A stretch of DNA of 64,000 nt, taken from the NCBI GenBank assembly GCA_964610315.1, contig CAZSVM010000013.1, positions 7,014 through 71,013 on the forward strand. Direction: 5' to 3'. This DNA is from an uncultured Actinomycetota bacterium (GTDB taxonomy: Bacteria > Actinomycetota > Humimicrobiia > Humimicrobiales > Humimicrobiaceae). The notes beneath the pieces are model-generated. The model saw only the letters and a program-made list of their open reading frames with translations. It did not search any database and was not told where the DNA came from. Below, piece after piece: positions 36,563 through 48,112 of this stretch. Within the stretch, counting starts at the first letter, position 1; every line of letters starts with the position of its first letter. The position numbers and the translations under genes are program-made.

Positions 36563-38581
36563 TCACTCCGGCATATTATTCCCAATGGTCTTCCAGATAA
36601 TAATAGAGCCTTCACCGCCACCGGAAGCAAAAGAGCCGCCATCAGGAGAAAAAACTGCAGTATTTAAAAAGTCATGACTTCTTGGAATATTTAAATTCTC
36701 TCCCGTCAGTGCGTCCCGGAGAAGAATGTTATTATCCGCTCCAGCAGAGAGAATATATTTGCCGTCCGGCGAGAAATCCACACTATGCACTAAATCTGAG
36801 TGATCCTGAAGAGTATTTTGTACTTCTCCGGTAGACACATCCCACAGGATGATATTTTGATCTTCCGATCCCGAAGCAAGAGTAGTACCATCCGGGGAAA
36901 AAGAAACACTGGTTACCGGACCAACATGACCTTCCAAAGTACGTATTGATTCCCCTGATACTGGATCCCACAGAACAATAGTATTGTCTTGCAAACCGGA
37001 AGCAAGCATTCTACCATCCGGTGAGAAATCGATACTGTTAATACCCATAGCCTCTCCCTCAAGAGTGCCTATAACATTGCCAGTAACAACATCCCATAAT
37101 AAAATTGTGTTTAATCTATCACCGGAAGCGAGCATTTTACTGTCCGGTGAGAAAGCAATGCTAATTACGCCGCCAATCTGCTCTTCAAGCAGATAAATAA
37201 GCGCACCATCTGCAGCATCTCTTAAAATAATAATATTATCCTCGGAACAAGAAGCGAAATACTTACCATCCGGTGAGAAAGCAACATCACTGATACTGTA
37301 GGTATGATCATCAAAGGTGTGAAGAAGTTCACCTTCAGATAAGTCCCAGACCAATACAGAGTGCCAGTATGGTACAATATCAGGATAGTCACTATAAGTA
37401 CCTGCAACAAGAATCCCGCCATCTGGCGAGAAAGCCAAGCTTCCTACATTCGCGCTCTGCCCCGGAATGGTATATAGGTTTTCACCGGTTTCTATATCCC
37501 ATAGTCTTACAGAGCTGTCGTATGATACCGAAACAAGGATATTACCCTCCGGAGAAAACGCAGCATCAGTCACATTATTTTCATGACCTTCCAGAGTGCG
37601 AATTATATTACCGGTAACTACATCCCAAAGAATAACAGTTTTATCCTCTGATGATGAAGCAAGCATTGTACCGTCAGTGGAGAAAGTAACACTAATTACT
37701 AGACCATTATGTCCATCCAATCTTTTTAAGATTTCACCGGTAGCCGCGTCCCATAAAATTACCAATCCATCTACTCCGGCAGAAGCAATTACTCTGCCAT
37801 CTGGAGAGTAGGTTACTCCGTTAACCCAAAAAGTGTGACCTCTAAGTGTATCTAGAAGAGCTCCTGATTCTACATCCCAGAGTTTGATGGTGCGGTCCCA
37901 TGAAGCTGATGCAATAGTTTTTCCATCAGGAGAGAATGATACGCCACGTACCCAGTCACTGTGTCCTTCCAGAATTTTAAGCTCTTCACCAGTAGCCGTA
38001 TCCCACAATCGTACCGTATTATCCCTGGAACAGGAAGCTATAATTTTACCATCTGGAGAGAATGCCACATTGCTTACCCAGTAGGTATGTCCCTCCAGAA
38101 CACGAAGAATTTCCCCGGTCGCTGCATCCCATAAAACGATAGTATTATCATCACTTACAGTAGCCAGGATGGTGTTATCCGGAGAGAAGGCTGTCTTTGA
38201 CGTCCAGAGAGGGGTAGCTTTTCCCCATACTTTTTCAAGTGCATTATCTTTATATTCGTAGACAACCACTCCCGTACTTCCCGTAACCGCCACATATTTT
38301 CCATCGGAGGAAAAATCCACTCCATTCAGCCAGCCTCTACCCAGCCGCATCAAAGCTCCTTCCGGTATCGGGCCGGTCCATTCCGATGTAATCTCTGATG
38401 TAACAATTTCGGATACATCGGTATTAGTTGTTGCTTCGATTTCTGATATATCTATATCAGTTGTTACCTCAGCTGGAGGTATTTCAGCCTTTGAACAGCT
38501 AAGATTAAAGATTAAGGTACTAATACAAAATAAAAAAGTAATAATCAATATAGCAACTACTTTTCCCGGTCTATTAACCAT
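36563..38581 (-). CDS. secreted protein or lipoprotein with ~14 WD40 repeats (two beta-propellers)
   Basis: Signal peptide and Cys (FNLSCS), then repeated GH...SPDG...S.D.T..LWD units throughout the 672-aa protein. DNA moderately GC-enriched. Confidence 0.85.
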   Translation of the reverse strand: MVNRPGKVVAILIITFLFCISTLIFNLSCSKAEIPPAEVTTDIDISEIEATTNTDVSEIVTSEITSEWTGPIPEGALMRLGRGWLNGVDFSSDGKYVAVTGSTGVVVYEYKDNALEKVWGKATPLWTSKTAFSPDNTILATVSDDNTIVLWDAATGEILRVLEGHTYWVSNVAFSPDGKIIASCSRDNTVRLWDTATGEELKILEGHSDWVRGVSFSPDGKTIASASWDRTIKLWDVESGALLDTLRGHTFWVNGVTYSPDGRVIASAGVDGLVILWDAATGEILKRLDGHNGLVISVTFSTDGTMLASSSEDKTVILWDVVTGNIIRTLEGHENNVTDAAFSPEGNILVSVSYDSSVRLWDIETGENLYTIPGQSANVGSLAFSPDGGILVAGTYSDYPDIVPYWHSVLVWDLSEGELLHTFDDHTYSISDVAFSPDGKYFASCSEDNIIILRDAADGALIYLLEEQIGGVISIAFSPDSKMLASGDRLNTILLWDVVTGNVIGTLEGEAMGINSIDFSPDGRMLASGLQDNTIVLWDPVSGESIRTLEGHVGPVTSVSFSPDGTTLASGSEDQNIILWDVSTGEVQNTLQDHSDLVHSVDFSPDGKYILSAGADNNILLRDALTGENLNIPRSHDFLNTAVFSPDGGSFASGGGEGSIIIWKTIGNNMPE

Positions 38582-38743
38582 AACAAATCCTTCCTTTAAT
38601 TCTAATTTAAAGTTTATTTATCATTTAAAGCAGTACCTATAACATATGGAAAAAATAATGTCGTCAGACTATTTATGGACTCTAAAAAGTAGGACTTTCT
38701 TAGTGATAATAAGAAAAAAGAGGATGAATAAAAGAAAACAGTA

Positions 38744-39877
38744 TTACTTGATGTTTTTATTATTCTTCCAGGCAGTAGGAGTTACACCAGTGTATTGTTT
38801 AAATATTCTATTAAAGACCGATTTGCTGTTAAATCCGGCAGAAAAAAGTATTTCCAGAACCGTTTTATCTTTTGCCTTTTGTAAAAGATATTTTGATTTT
38901 TCAATTCTATAACTATTAATAAAATCAAAGAAATTTTTATGGTACACTGTATTTATTACTTCAGAAAGTGAACTGGGAGGTATGCCCACTTTATCAGCCA
39001 GCCTTTTTAAAGTTAAATCAGGATCCAGATAAGGTTCACTGCTATCCATATATTTTTCTAACCTGCGGGCATATTGTTCAGTAATATTCTCCGATAGATT
39101 CCTCCTCTTGAAATTTACCTCAACTGCCGAAAAGATTTCCGGTTGTTTTAGTCCTTTGTAAATAATAACAACCATAAAAATATACTGACTTATAAGTAAA
39201 AAAAACGTTAAAACCTGACTGAAATATCCTGTCAAATGAAAAATATAATGTTTGGTAATACCTATAATTCTTATAGTCAGAATACCTATTATTATAGTTC
39301 GCAGCCATGATAGGTTTACCCGTTCTATTGAAGAAAAAGTATTTTTAATCTGCGAGCCGTATGTTTTTATGACATATAACGAAGCAGCTAAATAAACTAT
39401 AAATTGAGTATCAAAAATTATATCACGAATTAATCGCTCATCAGAGCCAAAAAAGCTGTAATAATAAAACATATTACTGATGAAAACAGAACTTTTAGAA
39501 AAATACCTGATGGTAAGCTGTAAGAAATCAATAAGGAAAGGAGCCAGATGAAAAAGATAAATTTTTTTAAGTTTAAAATCCCGGTAGGTAAGTGAAATTG
39601 TATACAAGAAAAATAGAGGAGGAATTAAAAAATGGATCGAATTATCGGATATTAAAAGAGGATATATATAACGGAACACAATAACCCTGGAATTGATAAA
39701 AAACCAGGCAGCCAGACCCCATCCATTAAAAAGCATAAAAACTGCAAATAATCTATTACTGATTAATCTGCCTTTCCTCTGGTTGAACAGAAAAAAAGAA
39801 AAGAAAAGATATTGAAATGCAATAACAACCAGTATTATATTTTCAGGATCTTTCAGGTGATTTATCAGTAAGTTCAT
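38744..39877 (-). CDS. AraC-family transcriptional regulator with N-terminal multi-pass membrane sensor domain
   Basis: About 6-7 hydrophobic helices in the first 230 aa. C-terminal AraC HTH (ILFSAGFNSKSVFNRIFKQYTGVTPTAWK). Confidence 0.75.
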   Translation of the reverse strand: MNLLINHLKDPENIILVVIAFQYLFFSFFLFNQRKGRLISNRLFAVFMLFNGWGLAAWFFINSRVIVFRYIYPLLISDNSIHFLIPPLFFLYTISLTYRDFKLKKIYLFHLAPFLIDFLQLTIRYFSKSSVFISNMFYYYSFFGSDERLIRDIIFDTQFIVYLAASLYVIKTYGSQIKNTFSSIERVNLSWLRTIIIGILTIRIIGITKHYIFHLTGYFSQVLTFFLLISQYIFMVVIIYKGLKQPEIFSAVEVNFKRRNLSENITEQYARRLEKYMDSSEPYLDPDLTLKRLADKVGIPPSSLSEVINTVYHKNFFDFINSYRIEKSKYLLQKAKDKTVLEILFSAGFNSKSVFNRIFKQYTGVTPTAWKNNKNIK

Positions 39878-40052
39878 GTTAATTCCATTTTCTATAGTTT
39901 ATAATCATTCTACTGGATTCCATTTACAGGCAAATTTTATATCCAGCTTTCCTAAAAATTATATAGAATATCAATTTATTTTATCGGGCTTAGAACAATT
40001 CTATAATTCTTAAATAAATATAATCCTGGAGTCTATATAATTAATAATTTAT

Positions 40053-41621
40053 TCAACTATTTTTTATAAGGCTGCAGACAAAGCCGGCCTCACTCTCAAA
40101 GTAATAGGGCATAATCTCCAGGCAGGTTTTCTTATCTGGATCTATAATTTCTTTTTTTAAATTTAAAATTGACATTAACTCATCAGGAATATCCGATTTT
40201 ACAATTGTATATTTTCCTTTAAATTCTTCTAAAAACCGGTTTATTACCTGCTGATTTTCGATAGGTGAAAGGGTACAGGTATAAAAAATCAATTTCCCTC
40301 CTGCTTTTAAATACCGGCCGCTATTTACCATCATCATGTAAGACATCGCGGAAAGCCTTATTATATCATCCATGGTCTTATTATATTTTACATCCGGATT
40401 CTTGGAAATGGTTCCAAAAGCGCTGCAGGGAGCATCAATTAAGATTTTATCAAAGTACCGGTTATAACTGTTTGGTATTTTTTTGCTCTCAAAATCCTTT
40501 CCTTTTCTCACCTCTCTGCCTTTTTCCAGAAAATCAGATTCAGCGGCATTCGCCTCTATAACTCTTACGTTCTTTATGTTCAGCCTTTCCATATTATCCT
40601 GCAATAACTTCAATCTCTTTCTGCTGATATCAACCGATACAACCTCTGCTTTATCCTCAGTCAGTTCAGCAATATAGGCGGTTTTCCCACCGGGAGCGGC
40701 ACACAGGTCAAGTATCTTTTCACCTTTCCGGGGCCTTAAAAAATATTTTACCGCAATCTGGGATGAAATATCCTGAACCGAGACCATCCCCTTCCTGTAT
40801 ACATTTGTACCTGAAATATCCTGAACACTGGAAACTTCTATGGCATCCTCCAGTACACCTTCATGTGATATAAATTGTTTATAATTATCACTCCCGGCTT
40901 CAATATCTGATAAAGGTTCATATATCCTTTTAGCGTCCAAGCTGCCGGATTTTCTATTAATTAATTCCCTTGACCCTGCATTTAACTCTTTTAATAACTT
41001 TTTTCTGGTAATTTTATTTTTATTGAGTCTCAAATAAGTATGGGGACTTTGATTAAGTGATCTGCAGATTAAAACCGTCTTTTCTTTTCCATACCAGGTG
41101 GTCCAATATTTTACCAACCAGCCAGGGTAAGAATAATTTATACTAATTCTTTCCGCTTCATCTTCCGACAGTTCTTCAGTCTTTTCTCCCATAAACAAAT
41201 TTAAATCGGAAACCGAGCTTATCCTGCGAAGTATTGCATTCACAAACTTCGAAGAGGATACAGAAGCATTTCTCTTGGCCAGTTCAACACTCTCGTTAAC
41301 CGACGAATAATCCGGAACCTTATCCATATACATCAATTGATAAATTCCCATGCGGAGAATATTGAGCACCTTAAAATCGATACTTTTAATTTCCTTATCG
41401 GAAAATAATGAAATTACGAAATCAATTTTCAGATAACATCTCACCGTACCTTTGACTATATTAAAGATAAAACGCTTATCCAGTTCCGAAAGTTTATAAT
41501 CCATAAAGCAACTATTTATTATATCCTTGAGGGATTTTCTTTTCTTAAAATAGCGGATTAAAATAAGAAGGGCAATTTTACGGGGACTGGTCCTACTTCT
41601 CTTTTCATTCAAAATTCTCAC
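40053..41621 (-). CDS. rsmB: 16S rRNA (cytosine967-C5)-methyltransferase RsmB/Sun
   Basis: NusB-like N-terminus. S-adenosylmethionine (SAM) methyltransferase motifs DLCAAPGGKT and IDAPCS, plus catalytic Cys. Confidence 0.85.
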   Translation of the reverse strand: MRILNEKRSRTSPRKIALLILIRYFKKRKSLKDIINSCFMDYKLSELDKRFIFNIVKGTVRCYLKIDFVISLFSDKEIKSIDFKVLNILRMGIYQLMYMDKVPDYSSVNESVELAKRNASVSSSKFVNAILRRISSVSDLNLFMGEKTEELSEDEAERISINYSYPGWLVKYWTTWYGKEKTVLICRSLNQSPHTYLRLNKNKITRKKLLKELNAGSRELINRKSGSLDAKRIYEPLSDIEAGSDNYKQFISHEGVLEDAIEVSSVQDISGTNVYRKGMVSVQDISSQIAVKYFLRPRKGEKILDLCAAPGGKTAYIAELTEDKAEVVSVDISRKRLKLLQDNMERLNIKNVRVIEANAAESDFLEKGREVRKGKDFESKKIPNSYNRYFDKILIDAPCSAFGTISKNPDVKYNKTMDDIIRLSAMSYMMMVNSGRYLKAGGKLIFYTCTLSPIENQQVINRFLEEFKGKYTIVKSDIPDELMSILNLKKEIIDPDKKTCLEIMPYYFESEAGFVCSLIKNS

Positions 41622-42573
41622 CGGCCTTTAACCCGTACCCATTAATAAAATCAACCGCAGACATCACTTTCCTGTCCTGAGGCTGCAGCAGTTTAATTCT
41701 TACTATTTCACTTGTGTTACATATGACCAGAATACCCGTATTTTTATCAGCTTTTATTATAAAACCATTTCCTGCACTTTTATCAGCCTTTAATCCGGTA
41801 AAACACGAATCGTTAACAAATTTTTTAAAGATATCTGCTTCCAGTATTTTAATTCTCGAACTTTTCCATAAGCAATAGGCACCGGGGTCCGGGCTGAAAG
41901 CCCTGATTTTATTGACTATTTCTAGCGCACTACTTTCCCAGTTGATTTTTAAATCTTCTTTGGTAATTTTACGGCTATAAACCACATTCTTATTGCTCTG
42001 GGGATAGGGTTTAAGGCTGTTACTTTCCACCAGTTCCAGTACGGTCATCAACATCGACTTTCCAAATTTTATCACTTTCTGCTCATATCTATGGCGGTTA
42101 TCATTTTCTTCGATTTTAAATTTTACCTGAGCATATATATCGCCGGCATCCACTTCCGGTACCACCTCTATTATGCTTACACCACCTGTTTTATCGCCAT
42201 TCAGCAGAGCACTTATGGTAGGAGTGGGACCTCTATATCTGGGGAGCAGTGAAGGATGGACATTCAGCCATCTGGCGGAGGCCAGTTCAAATATCTTTTC
42301 AGGAAGTATTTTCCCAAAAGAAACTACTACTGCCGTATCAAATTTTAACTTTTTAAACATATCAAAAAAATTACTATCGAACTTTTCAATTTGAATAAAA
42401 TCGATTCCTAATTCAATAGCTTTACTTTTTACTATATTGGGAATAACTTTCCTTCCCCTTCCTGCCGGTTTGTCTGTGGAGGTTACCACCAGAGATACAC
42501 TATGTCCGGATCTGGATAATTCTTCCAAAAAAGGAACCGAAAGTTCCGAAGAGCCAATAAACAGGATTTTCAA
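41605..42573 (-). CDS. fmt: methionyl-tRNA formyltransferase
   Basis: N-terminal formyltransferase fold (NVHPSLLPRYRG); 322 aa. Confidence 0.9.
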   Translation of the reverse strand: MKILFIGSSELSVPFLEELSRSGHSVSLVVTSTDKPAGRGRKVIPNIVKSKAIELGIDFIQIEKFDSNFFDMFKKLKFDTAVVVSFGKILPEKIFELASARWLNVHPSLLPRYRGPTPTISALLNGDKTGGVSIIEVVPEVDAGDIYAQVKFKIEENDNRHRYEQKVIKFGKSMLMTVLELVESNSLKPYPQSNKNVVYSRKITKEDLKINWESSALEIVNKIRAFSPDPGAYCLWKSSRIKILEADIFKKFVNDSCFTGLKADKSAGNGFIIKADKNTGILVICNTSEIVRIKLLQPQDRKVMSAVDFINGYGLKAGENFE

Positions 42574-42588
42574 TTCAAACTCCCTAAT

Positions 42589-43086
42589 CTAAGTGTTCAA
42601 TTTTATTTCATTAATCATAGCCAGCAGTTCCCTTCTGGATTTGCGATCCAGACGGTCAATATATAATACTCCGTTTAGGTGATCAATTTCATGCTGGAAT
42701 ATCCTGGCCAGTAAATCCTCTGCTGTTAGAACTATATTTTTACCTTTTAAATCTTTTGCTCTTACTTCGATTTTATCGAATCTTTTGACGCAGAAATCTT
42801 TTATGGAGTAAATGCTCAGACATCCTTCATTGGACTCGGCCTGCTTCCTATTTAAAGCTCTAATTTCCGGATTTACAAACACCTTTATCTCTTCTCCCAG
42901 ATTAACAATAATTACTCTTCTGGTTACTCCTATCTGGGGTGCAGCCAAACCAACACCACCTGCTTCTTTTAAAGTATCTATCATATCGCCAACAAGATTT
43001 TCAAGTTTATCATCTATTTTTTCTATAACCTTACTTTTTTCTCTCAAAACCGGATCACCGATTTTTCTGATTTCCCTAACCGCCAT
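42589..43086 (-). CDS. def: peptide deformylase
   Basis: GVGLAAPQIG, EGCLS, HEIDHLNG motifs. Confidence 0.95.
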   Translation of the reverse strand: MAVREIRKIGDPVLREKSKVIEKIDDKLENLVGDMIDTLKEAGGVGLAAPQIGVTRRVIIVNLGEEIKVFVNPEIRALNRKQAESNEGCLSIYSIKDFCVKRFDKIEVRAKDLKGKNIVLTAEDLLARIFQHEIDHLNGVLYIDRLDRKSRRELLAMINEIKLNT

Positions 43087-43104
43087 TATAAACCTCCATT
43101 AAAT

Positions 43105-45369
43105 TTATAAAATCCATACTGGATCCACATCAACTATTATCTTATTTTCATTAAATTTTTTAAATCTCTTCAGTATTTCAGTAATTGCCCCGCTTAAATA
43201 ACTTATATTTTTAGCTTTTATCATTATATGCCACCTGTAAAATAAATTTATCCTGCTAAAAGGTGCGGGAGCAGGGCCCAGTATACTGCTTTCACCCTTT
43301 ATAATTTTACTTAATTGTAGAAATAGATCCCTTATATTTTTTTCTACTTTAACTCTATCTTTCCCGGAAATAATAATATTTATTAAATTGGAAAAAGGGG
43401 GATAACTGAGCTCTCTTCTGCTTTCCAGTTCCTCCCGGTAAAACGACTCATAATCGTTTTCCATTATACTTTCTATAACTTTGCCCTGGGGATTGTAGGT
43501 CTGGATTATTACCCTTCCTTTTTTTCTCTTCCTTCCCGCTCTTCCGGACACCTGGGTGATAAGCTGATATACTCTTTCGTTCATGTGATAATCAGGAAGT
43601 CCCAGCATACTGTCACAGTTAATAACTCCCACCAGAGTAACGTCTTCGATATCCAGCCCTTTGGTTATCATCTGGGTACCGATAAGAATGGACCCTCCCG
43701 GAGAAACAAATTTTTCCAGTATTTCCTGATGCGATTTCTTCTTTACAGTTATATCCGAATCCATTCTAAGAACTGGTACGTCTTTAAATCTTGTTTGAAG
43801 TTTTGACTGTACCCTCTGAACTCCGGTCCCATACAGAAATACGCTATCCGACCCGCAGGCAGAGCATCTGCCGGTATAATTTTTTTCCCTACCGCAATGG
43901 TGGCACATCAACTTTTTGGTATCACTGTGGTAACTATAAGAGAGATCACAGGCAGGACATTTTGGCACATTGCCGCAATTATTACAAATTATAAAATTAC
44001 TGTATCCTCTTCTGTTTAAGAAAATAATCACTTTATTATTTTTCTCCAGTTCACTCTTTATTGCCCTGAACAATTTAGCGGTAATGGTTATATCTTCTCT
44101 GCGGCGGTCTATCTTTTTTAAATCGATCACATCCATTTCAAGAGGACTACTGCTTTGGGCTTTAACGGGAATCCTGACGAGGGTAAAATCTTTTTCTTTT
44201 TCGGATCTGTACCTGGTAACTATGCTGGGAGTGGCACTACCTAAAACAATGGGGATATTCAATATCTCTCCCATCTTTATACACACATCCTGGGTATTAT
44301 ATCTTACTCCCGTTCCTTCCTTATAGGAGGGGTCATGCTCTTCATCAAGTATTATTATACCCAGATTATCCAGGGGGGTAAAAACAGAAGACCGGGTCCC
44401 TATTATTATGTCAAAATTGCCCTCCCATATATCCAGCCACCTCTCATATCTTTCCGCTTCATTCATATTGGAATGATATACACAAACCTTTGGTCCAAAC
44501 TCAGATTCGAATCTTGAGAATAACTGTGGTATCAGTGAAATCTCAGGGGTAAGGATAAGCGCCTTTTTTTTATTTTCCAGAACCTTTCTGCAAGCAGCTA
44601 TATAAATATCGGTTTTACCACTGCCAGTAACCCCTTCGATTAAAAACTTATGAAAAATATTTTTACCTAAAACATTTTCTATACTTGACAGTGCCGCCTT
44701 TTGATATGAATTTAAAATTATCTTCGTTTTACCCTGATTTTTATTATGCCGGTACTGGTACCTGAAGTCTCTTTTTTGTCTTTTCTTCACCATGAAGATT
44801 ATATTTCTATCTAGAAGGCTGGTAAGACTCGCATAACCGGATCCGGTATCTTTTATCAATTTCTCCTTTAAAACCTCGCCATGGAGGATCAGGTAATCAA
44901 TTATTCTTTTTTGTGAATAATTTCTTTCCCAGTTTATTTTATCCTTTAACTGGCGGTATTTATCCTTGTTTAAAAATATATAATCTTTAAACTTTAACCT
45001 AATCCCGGTACCGGCAGCAGTTTTTTGGGATTTTGCCCCCGGGGGGATAAAAAATTTTATAACTCTACCCACCGGCTGGATATAATACTGACTTATCCAG
45101 TTAATAAGCTCCAATTTTTTGGGGTCAAAAACAGGCTTCTTATCTATTATTTTCAGGATATTTTTTATCTCATTGTCTTCTAATTCCGATTTGTTCTTGG
45201 TTCTTACCACATAGCCGGCTTCTATTCTGTTTTTAAAAGGGACCTGAACCATTATACCGGTATGAATATGCGGGGATAAATGAGGGGGTATTTGATAATC
45301 AAAAGGATGATCAATATTAAGAGTTTTTATATCTACATAAACCTCTGCATATTTATTACTTGTATCCAT
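43105..45369 (-). CDS. priA: primosomal protein N' (PriA helicase)
   Basis: DEAH helicase motifs (GVTGSGKT, DEEHD), Cys-rich zinc-binding region (CNNCGN...CPAC...CHHCG) and C-terminal domain. Confidence 0.9.
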   Translation of the reverse strand: MDTSNKYAEVYVDIKTLNIDHPFDYQIPPHLSPHIHTGIMVQVPFKNRIEAGYVVRTKNKSELEDNEIKNILKIIDKKPVFDPKKLELINWISQYYIQPVGRVIKFFIPPGAKSQKTAAGTGIRLKFKDYIFLNKDKYRQLKDKINWERNYSQKRIIDYLILHGEVLKEKLIKDTGSGYASLTSLLDRNIIFMVKKRQKRDFRYQYRHNKNQGKTKIILNSYQKAALSSIENVLGKNIFHKFLIEGVTGSGKTDIYIAACRKVLENKKKALILTPEISLIPQLFSRFESEFGPKVCVYHSNMNEAERYERWLDIWEGNFDIIIGTRSSVFTPLDNLGIIILDEEHDPSYKEGTGVRYNTQDVCIKMGEILNIPIVLGSATPSIVTRYRSEKEKDFTLVRIPVKAQSSSPLEMDVIDLKKIDRRREDITITAKLFRAIKSELEKNNKVIIFLNRRGYSNFIICNNCGNVPKCPACDLSYSYHSDTKKLMCHHCGREKNYTGRCSACGSDSVFLYGTGVQRVQSKLQTRFKDVPVLRMDSDITVKKKSHQEILEKFVSPGGSILIGTQMITKGLDIEDVTLVGVINCDSMLGLPDYHMNERVYQLITQVSGRAGRKRKKGRVIIQTYNPQGKVIESIMENDYESFYREELESRRELSYPPFSNLINIIISGKDRVKVEKNIRDLFLQLSKIIKGESSILGPAPAPFSRINLFYRWHIMIKAKNISYLSGAITEILKRFKKFNENKIIVDVDPVWIL

Positions 45370-45385
45370 TTAAAACAAAGTAATT

Positions 45386-46603
45386 TTATTTAAGGCCCAA
45401 AAAACTCTTGATTTCGTCAACTTTATCAAGTTTTTCCCAGGTAAAATCCCGGTCATGTCTTCCAAAATGACCGTAAGCTGCTGTTTTTTTATAAATTGGT
45501 CTTAATAAATTAAGGTTTTTGATTATCGCTGCCGGCCTTAAATCAAATATTTCCTTTACAGCTCGCTGGATTTTCTTGATATCTACTTTTTCGGTACCAA
45601 ATGTTTCTATCATAACCGATACCGGATGTGCCACTCCTATGGCATAAGCAATTTCTATTTCCAGTTTATCAGCAGCTCCGCTGGCTACCAGATTTTTAGC
45701 CACATGCCTGGCAGCATAGGCAGCTGACCGATCAACTTTAGAGGGATCTTTTCCCGAAAAGCATCCCCCGCCGTGCCTTGCCATCCCACCATAAGTATCT
45801 ATTATTATTTTTCTGCCGGTCATTCCGGTATCGCCCATAGGGCCGCCAATGGTAAATTCTCCGGTAGGATTAACAAACAGTCTTAAATCCTTGCTCAGAT
45901 ATTCCGGGGGGATAATTGGTTTTATTACAAATTCCTTCATATCCGGTTTTATCTGGGATTCTATATCTATGCGGGGAGCATGCTGTGTAGCTATTACAAT
46001 AGTTTCCACCGAAACCGGCCTGTCATTCTCATATTTTACAGTTACCTGCGATTTACCATCGGGCCTAAGATAAGGCAAAATCCCTGCCTTTCTAACTTCA
46101 GACAGGCGGTGGGCTAATTTATGAGCAAGTTGAATGGGAAGAGGCATCAATTCCTCGGTTTCATTACAGGCATAGCCAAACATCATTCCCTGGTCTCCGG
46201 CACCCTGCGTATCGAATTCATTTTCATATCCGTTTCCCACTCTGGCTTCATAAGCATTATTGACACCCTGTGCTATGTTGGAGGACTGTTTTCCAATAGA
46301 AGTAATAATCCCGCAGGTCTCATAATCAAATCCGTATTTTGCTCTGGTATATCCAATATTTTTCACCACTTCTCTTACAATATCCGGTATTTCCACATAA
46401 GTAGAAGTGGTAACTTCACCGGCCACTATTACTATTCCGGTTTTAAGTAAAGTCTCAATAGCAGTTCTGCATCTGGGATCATCAGCTATCATAGCATCAA
46501 GAACAGCATCAGAGATTTGATCGGCCATTTTATCCGGATGGCCTTCGGTAACTGATTCCGAAGTAAACAAGAAATCTTTTTTCTTTATCATTGCTCCTCC
46601 CAT
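45386..46603 (-). CDS. metK: S-adenosylmethionine synthetase
   Basis: [28 protein letters not shown]-like motifs. The true start is probably the internal M ([12 protein letters not shown]) at 46591. Confidence 0.95.
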   Translation of the reverse strand: MGGAMIKKKDFLFTSESVTEGHPDKMADQISDAVLDAMIADDPRCRTAIETLLKTGIVIVAGEVTTSTYVEIPDIVREVVKNIGYTRAKYGFDYETCGIITSIGKQSSNIAQGVNNAYEARVGNGYENEFDTQGAGDQGMMFGYACNETEELMPLPIQLAHKLAHRLSEVRKAGILPYLRPDGKSQVTVKYENDRPVSVETIVIATQHAPRIDIESQIKPDMKEFVIKPIIPPEYLSKDLRLFVNPTGEFTIGGPMGDTGMTGRKIIIDTYGGMARHGGGCFSGKDPSKVDRSAAYAARHVAKNLVASGAADKLEIEIAYAIGVAHPVSVMIETFGTEKVDIKKIQRAVKEIFDLRPAAIIKNLNLLRPIYKKTAAYGHFGRHDRDFTWEKLDKVDEIKSFLGLK

Positions 46604-46622
46604 TAATCCTCCTATTAATTCC

Positions 46623-47843
46623 TTACTCAGGTAAACTTTTTATAATTTCATCCCAGATTCCTCTGGCAATAATTCTTTTTCTATCCCTGGCCAGCTTTCT
46701 TACCGATCCATCCTGCTTTATTATATCAACTTCATTAAAATCGCTTTCCATCCCTATACCCTCTCTGGATATATCATTGGCCACCATCATATCTACACTT
46801 TTATCCTTGAATTTTTCCATAATATCCCGGCTGCTGTAACCACTCTCCGCCGCAAAACCAACCAGGTATTGGCTCTTTTCCTTTTTTCCGGTTAGAAATT
46901 TAAGAATATCTTCATTTTCTTTAAAGCTTATGCTGGATAATATATCATTTTTCTTCTTTAACTTAAAATCATATTTTTTAATAGGAATTATATCGCTTAC
47001 AGCCGCGGCCATAATTATAATATCGCCGGCTTTGAAATGTTTGATCAGGGACTTCTTCATATCTTCGGTACTCTCAACATATTCAACATCAATCCCATAA
47101 GGTGGAGGGAGACTTTTAGTGGTACTTATAAGTATTACCTTCCGGGCTCCTCTGAAATAAGCTTCCTCAGCCAGGGCATAGCCCATTTTACCGCTGGATC
47201 TATTGGAAATATATCTTACCGTATCCATAAATTCCCTGGTTCCACCGGCAGTAACTATAACATTTTTATCTGTAAGATCTTTCCTATAACTTAGAAGCTC
47301 CGCTAACCTCTCTATTATAATGTCCTCATTTTCAAGTTTTCCCAGTCCTTCTTCACCACAGGCCAGTTTACCGCTCTCCGGCCCTATAAAGAAATATTTC
47401 CCGCTTTCCTTGAGCCTTTGGATATTTTTTTGAATTAAGGGGTCAAGATACATGCTCTCATTCATAGCCGGTGCAACAAGTACCGGACAGGTTGCTGATA
47501 TAGCCGATGTAGTCAGGAAATTGTCTCCAATACCGTAAGATAATTTTGAAATAATATCGGCTGAAGCTGGTGCAATCAAAAAAACATCCGCACTGTGAGA
47601 AAGTGATATATGATAAATTTTTTTCTGATTTTCAAACTGATCTATAATGGTTTTATTACCGGAAATTGAACTGAAGGTTAAAGGAGATATAAAATTCAGG
47701 GCATTAGGCGTCATCACCGGAACCACATTCGCCCCCATACCACTCAATCTGCTGCAAATGGAAGCTGCCTTATAGGCAGCAATAGAGGCAGTAATTCCAA
47801 GGACTATCTTTTTTTTTAAGAATATTGATTTATTTAAAGTCAA
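46623..47843 (-). CDS. coaBC: bifunctional phosphopantothenoylcysteine decarboxylase / phosphopantothenate-cysteine ligase
   Basis: N-terminal flavoprotein domain and C-terminal DFP ligase domain; 406 aa. Confidence 0.9.
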   Translation of the reverse strand: MTLNKSIFLKKKIVLGITASIAAYKAASICSRLSGMGANVVPVMTPNALNFISPLTFSSISGNKTIIDQFENQKKIYHISLSHSADVFLIAPASADIISKLSYGIGDNFLTTSAISATCPVLVAPAMNESMYLDPLIQKNIQRLKESGKYFFIGPESGKLACGEEGLGKLENEDIIIERLAELLSYRKDLTDKNVIVTAGGTREFMDTVRYISNRSSGKMGYALAEEAYFRGARKVILISTTKSLPPPYGIDVEYVESTEDMKKSLIKHFKAGDIIIMAAAVSDIIPIKKYDFKLKKKNDILSSISFKENEDILKFLTGKKEKSQYLVGFAAESGYSSRDIMEKFKDKSVDMMVANDISREGIGMESDFNEVDIIKQDGSVRKLARDRKRIIARGIWDEIIKSLPE

Positions 47844-47845
47844 AC

Positions 47846-48088
47846 TTATGCAGATTCCTTTTTCTTCTTTTCAAAAATTACTTTTCCATCTTTTATTTCA
47901 TTAAAGGCAATCTCCAGCGGATCATGTGACTCCACATCAACCAGCGGTTTTACTACACTAATCCTCTCCATGTTTTTCTGTGCCGATAGGTATTCACCAA
48001 GCTCCCTGGCTCTTTTGGCTGCCGCTATACATAATTTATATTTGCTGTCTGTGCTTTCCTTGTACTCATCAAGATACTGTACTTTCAT
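47846..48088 (-). CDS. rpoZ: DNA-directed RNA polymerase subunit omega
   Basis: KYKLCIAAAKRAREL motif; position between gmk and coaBC. Confidence 0.8.
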   Translation of the reverse strand: MKVQYLDEYKESTDSKYKLCIAAAKRARELGEYLSAQKNMERISVVKPLVDVESHDPLEIAFNEIKDGKVIFEKKKKESA

Positions 48089-48112
48089 TTTAGATTAATT
48101 CCTCCCCTTTTT

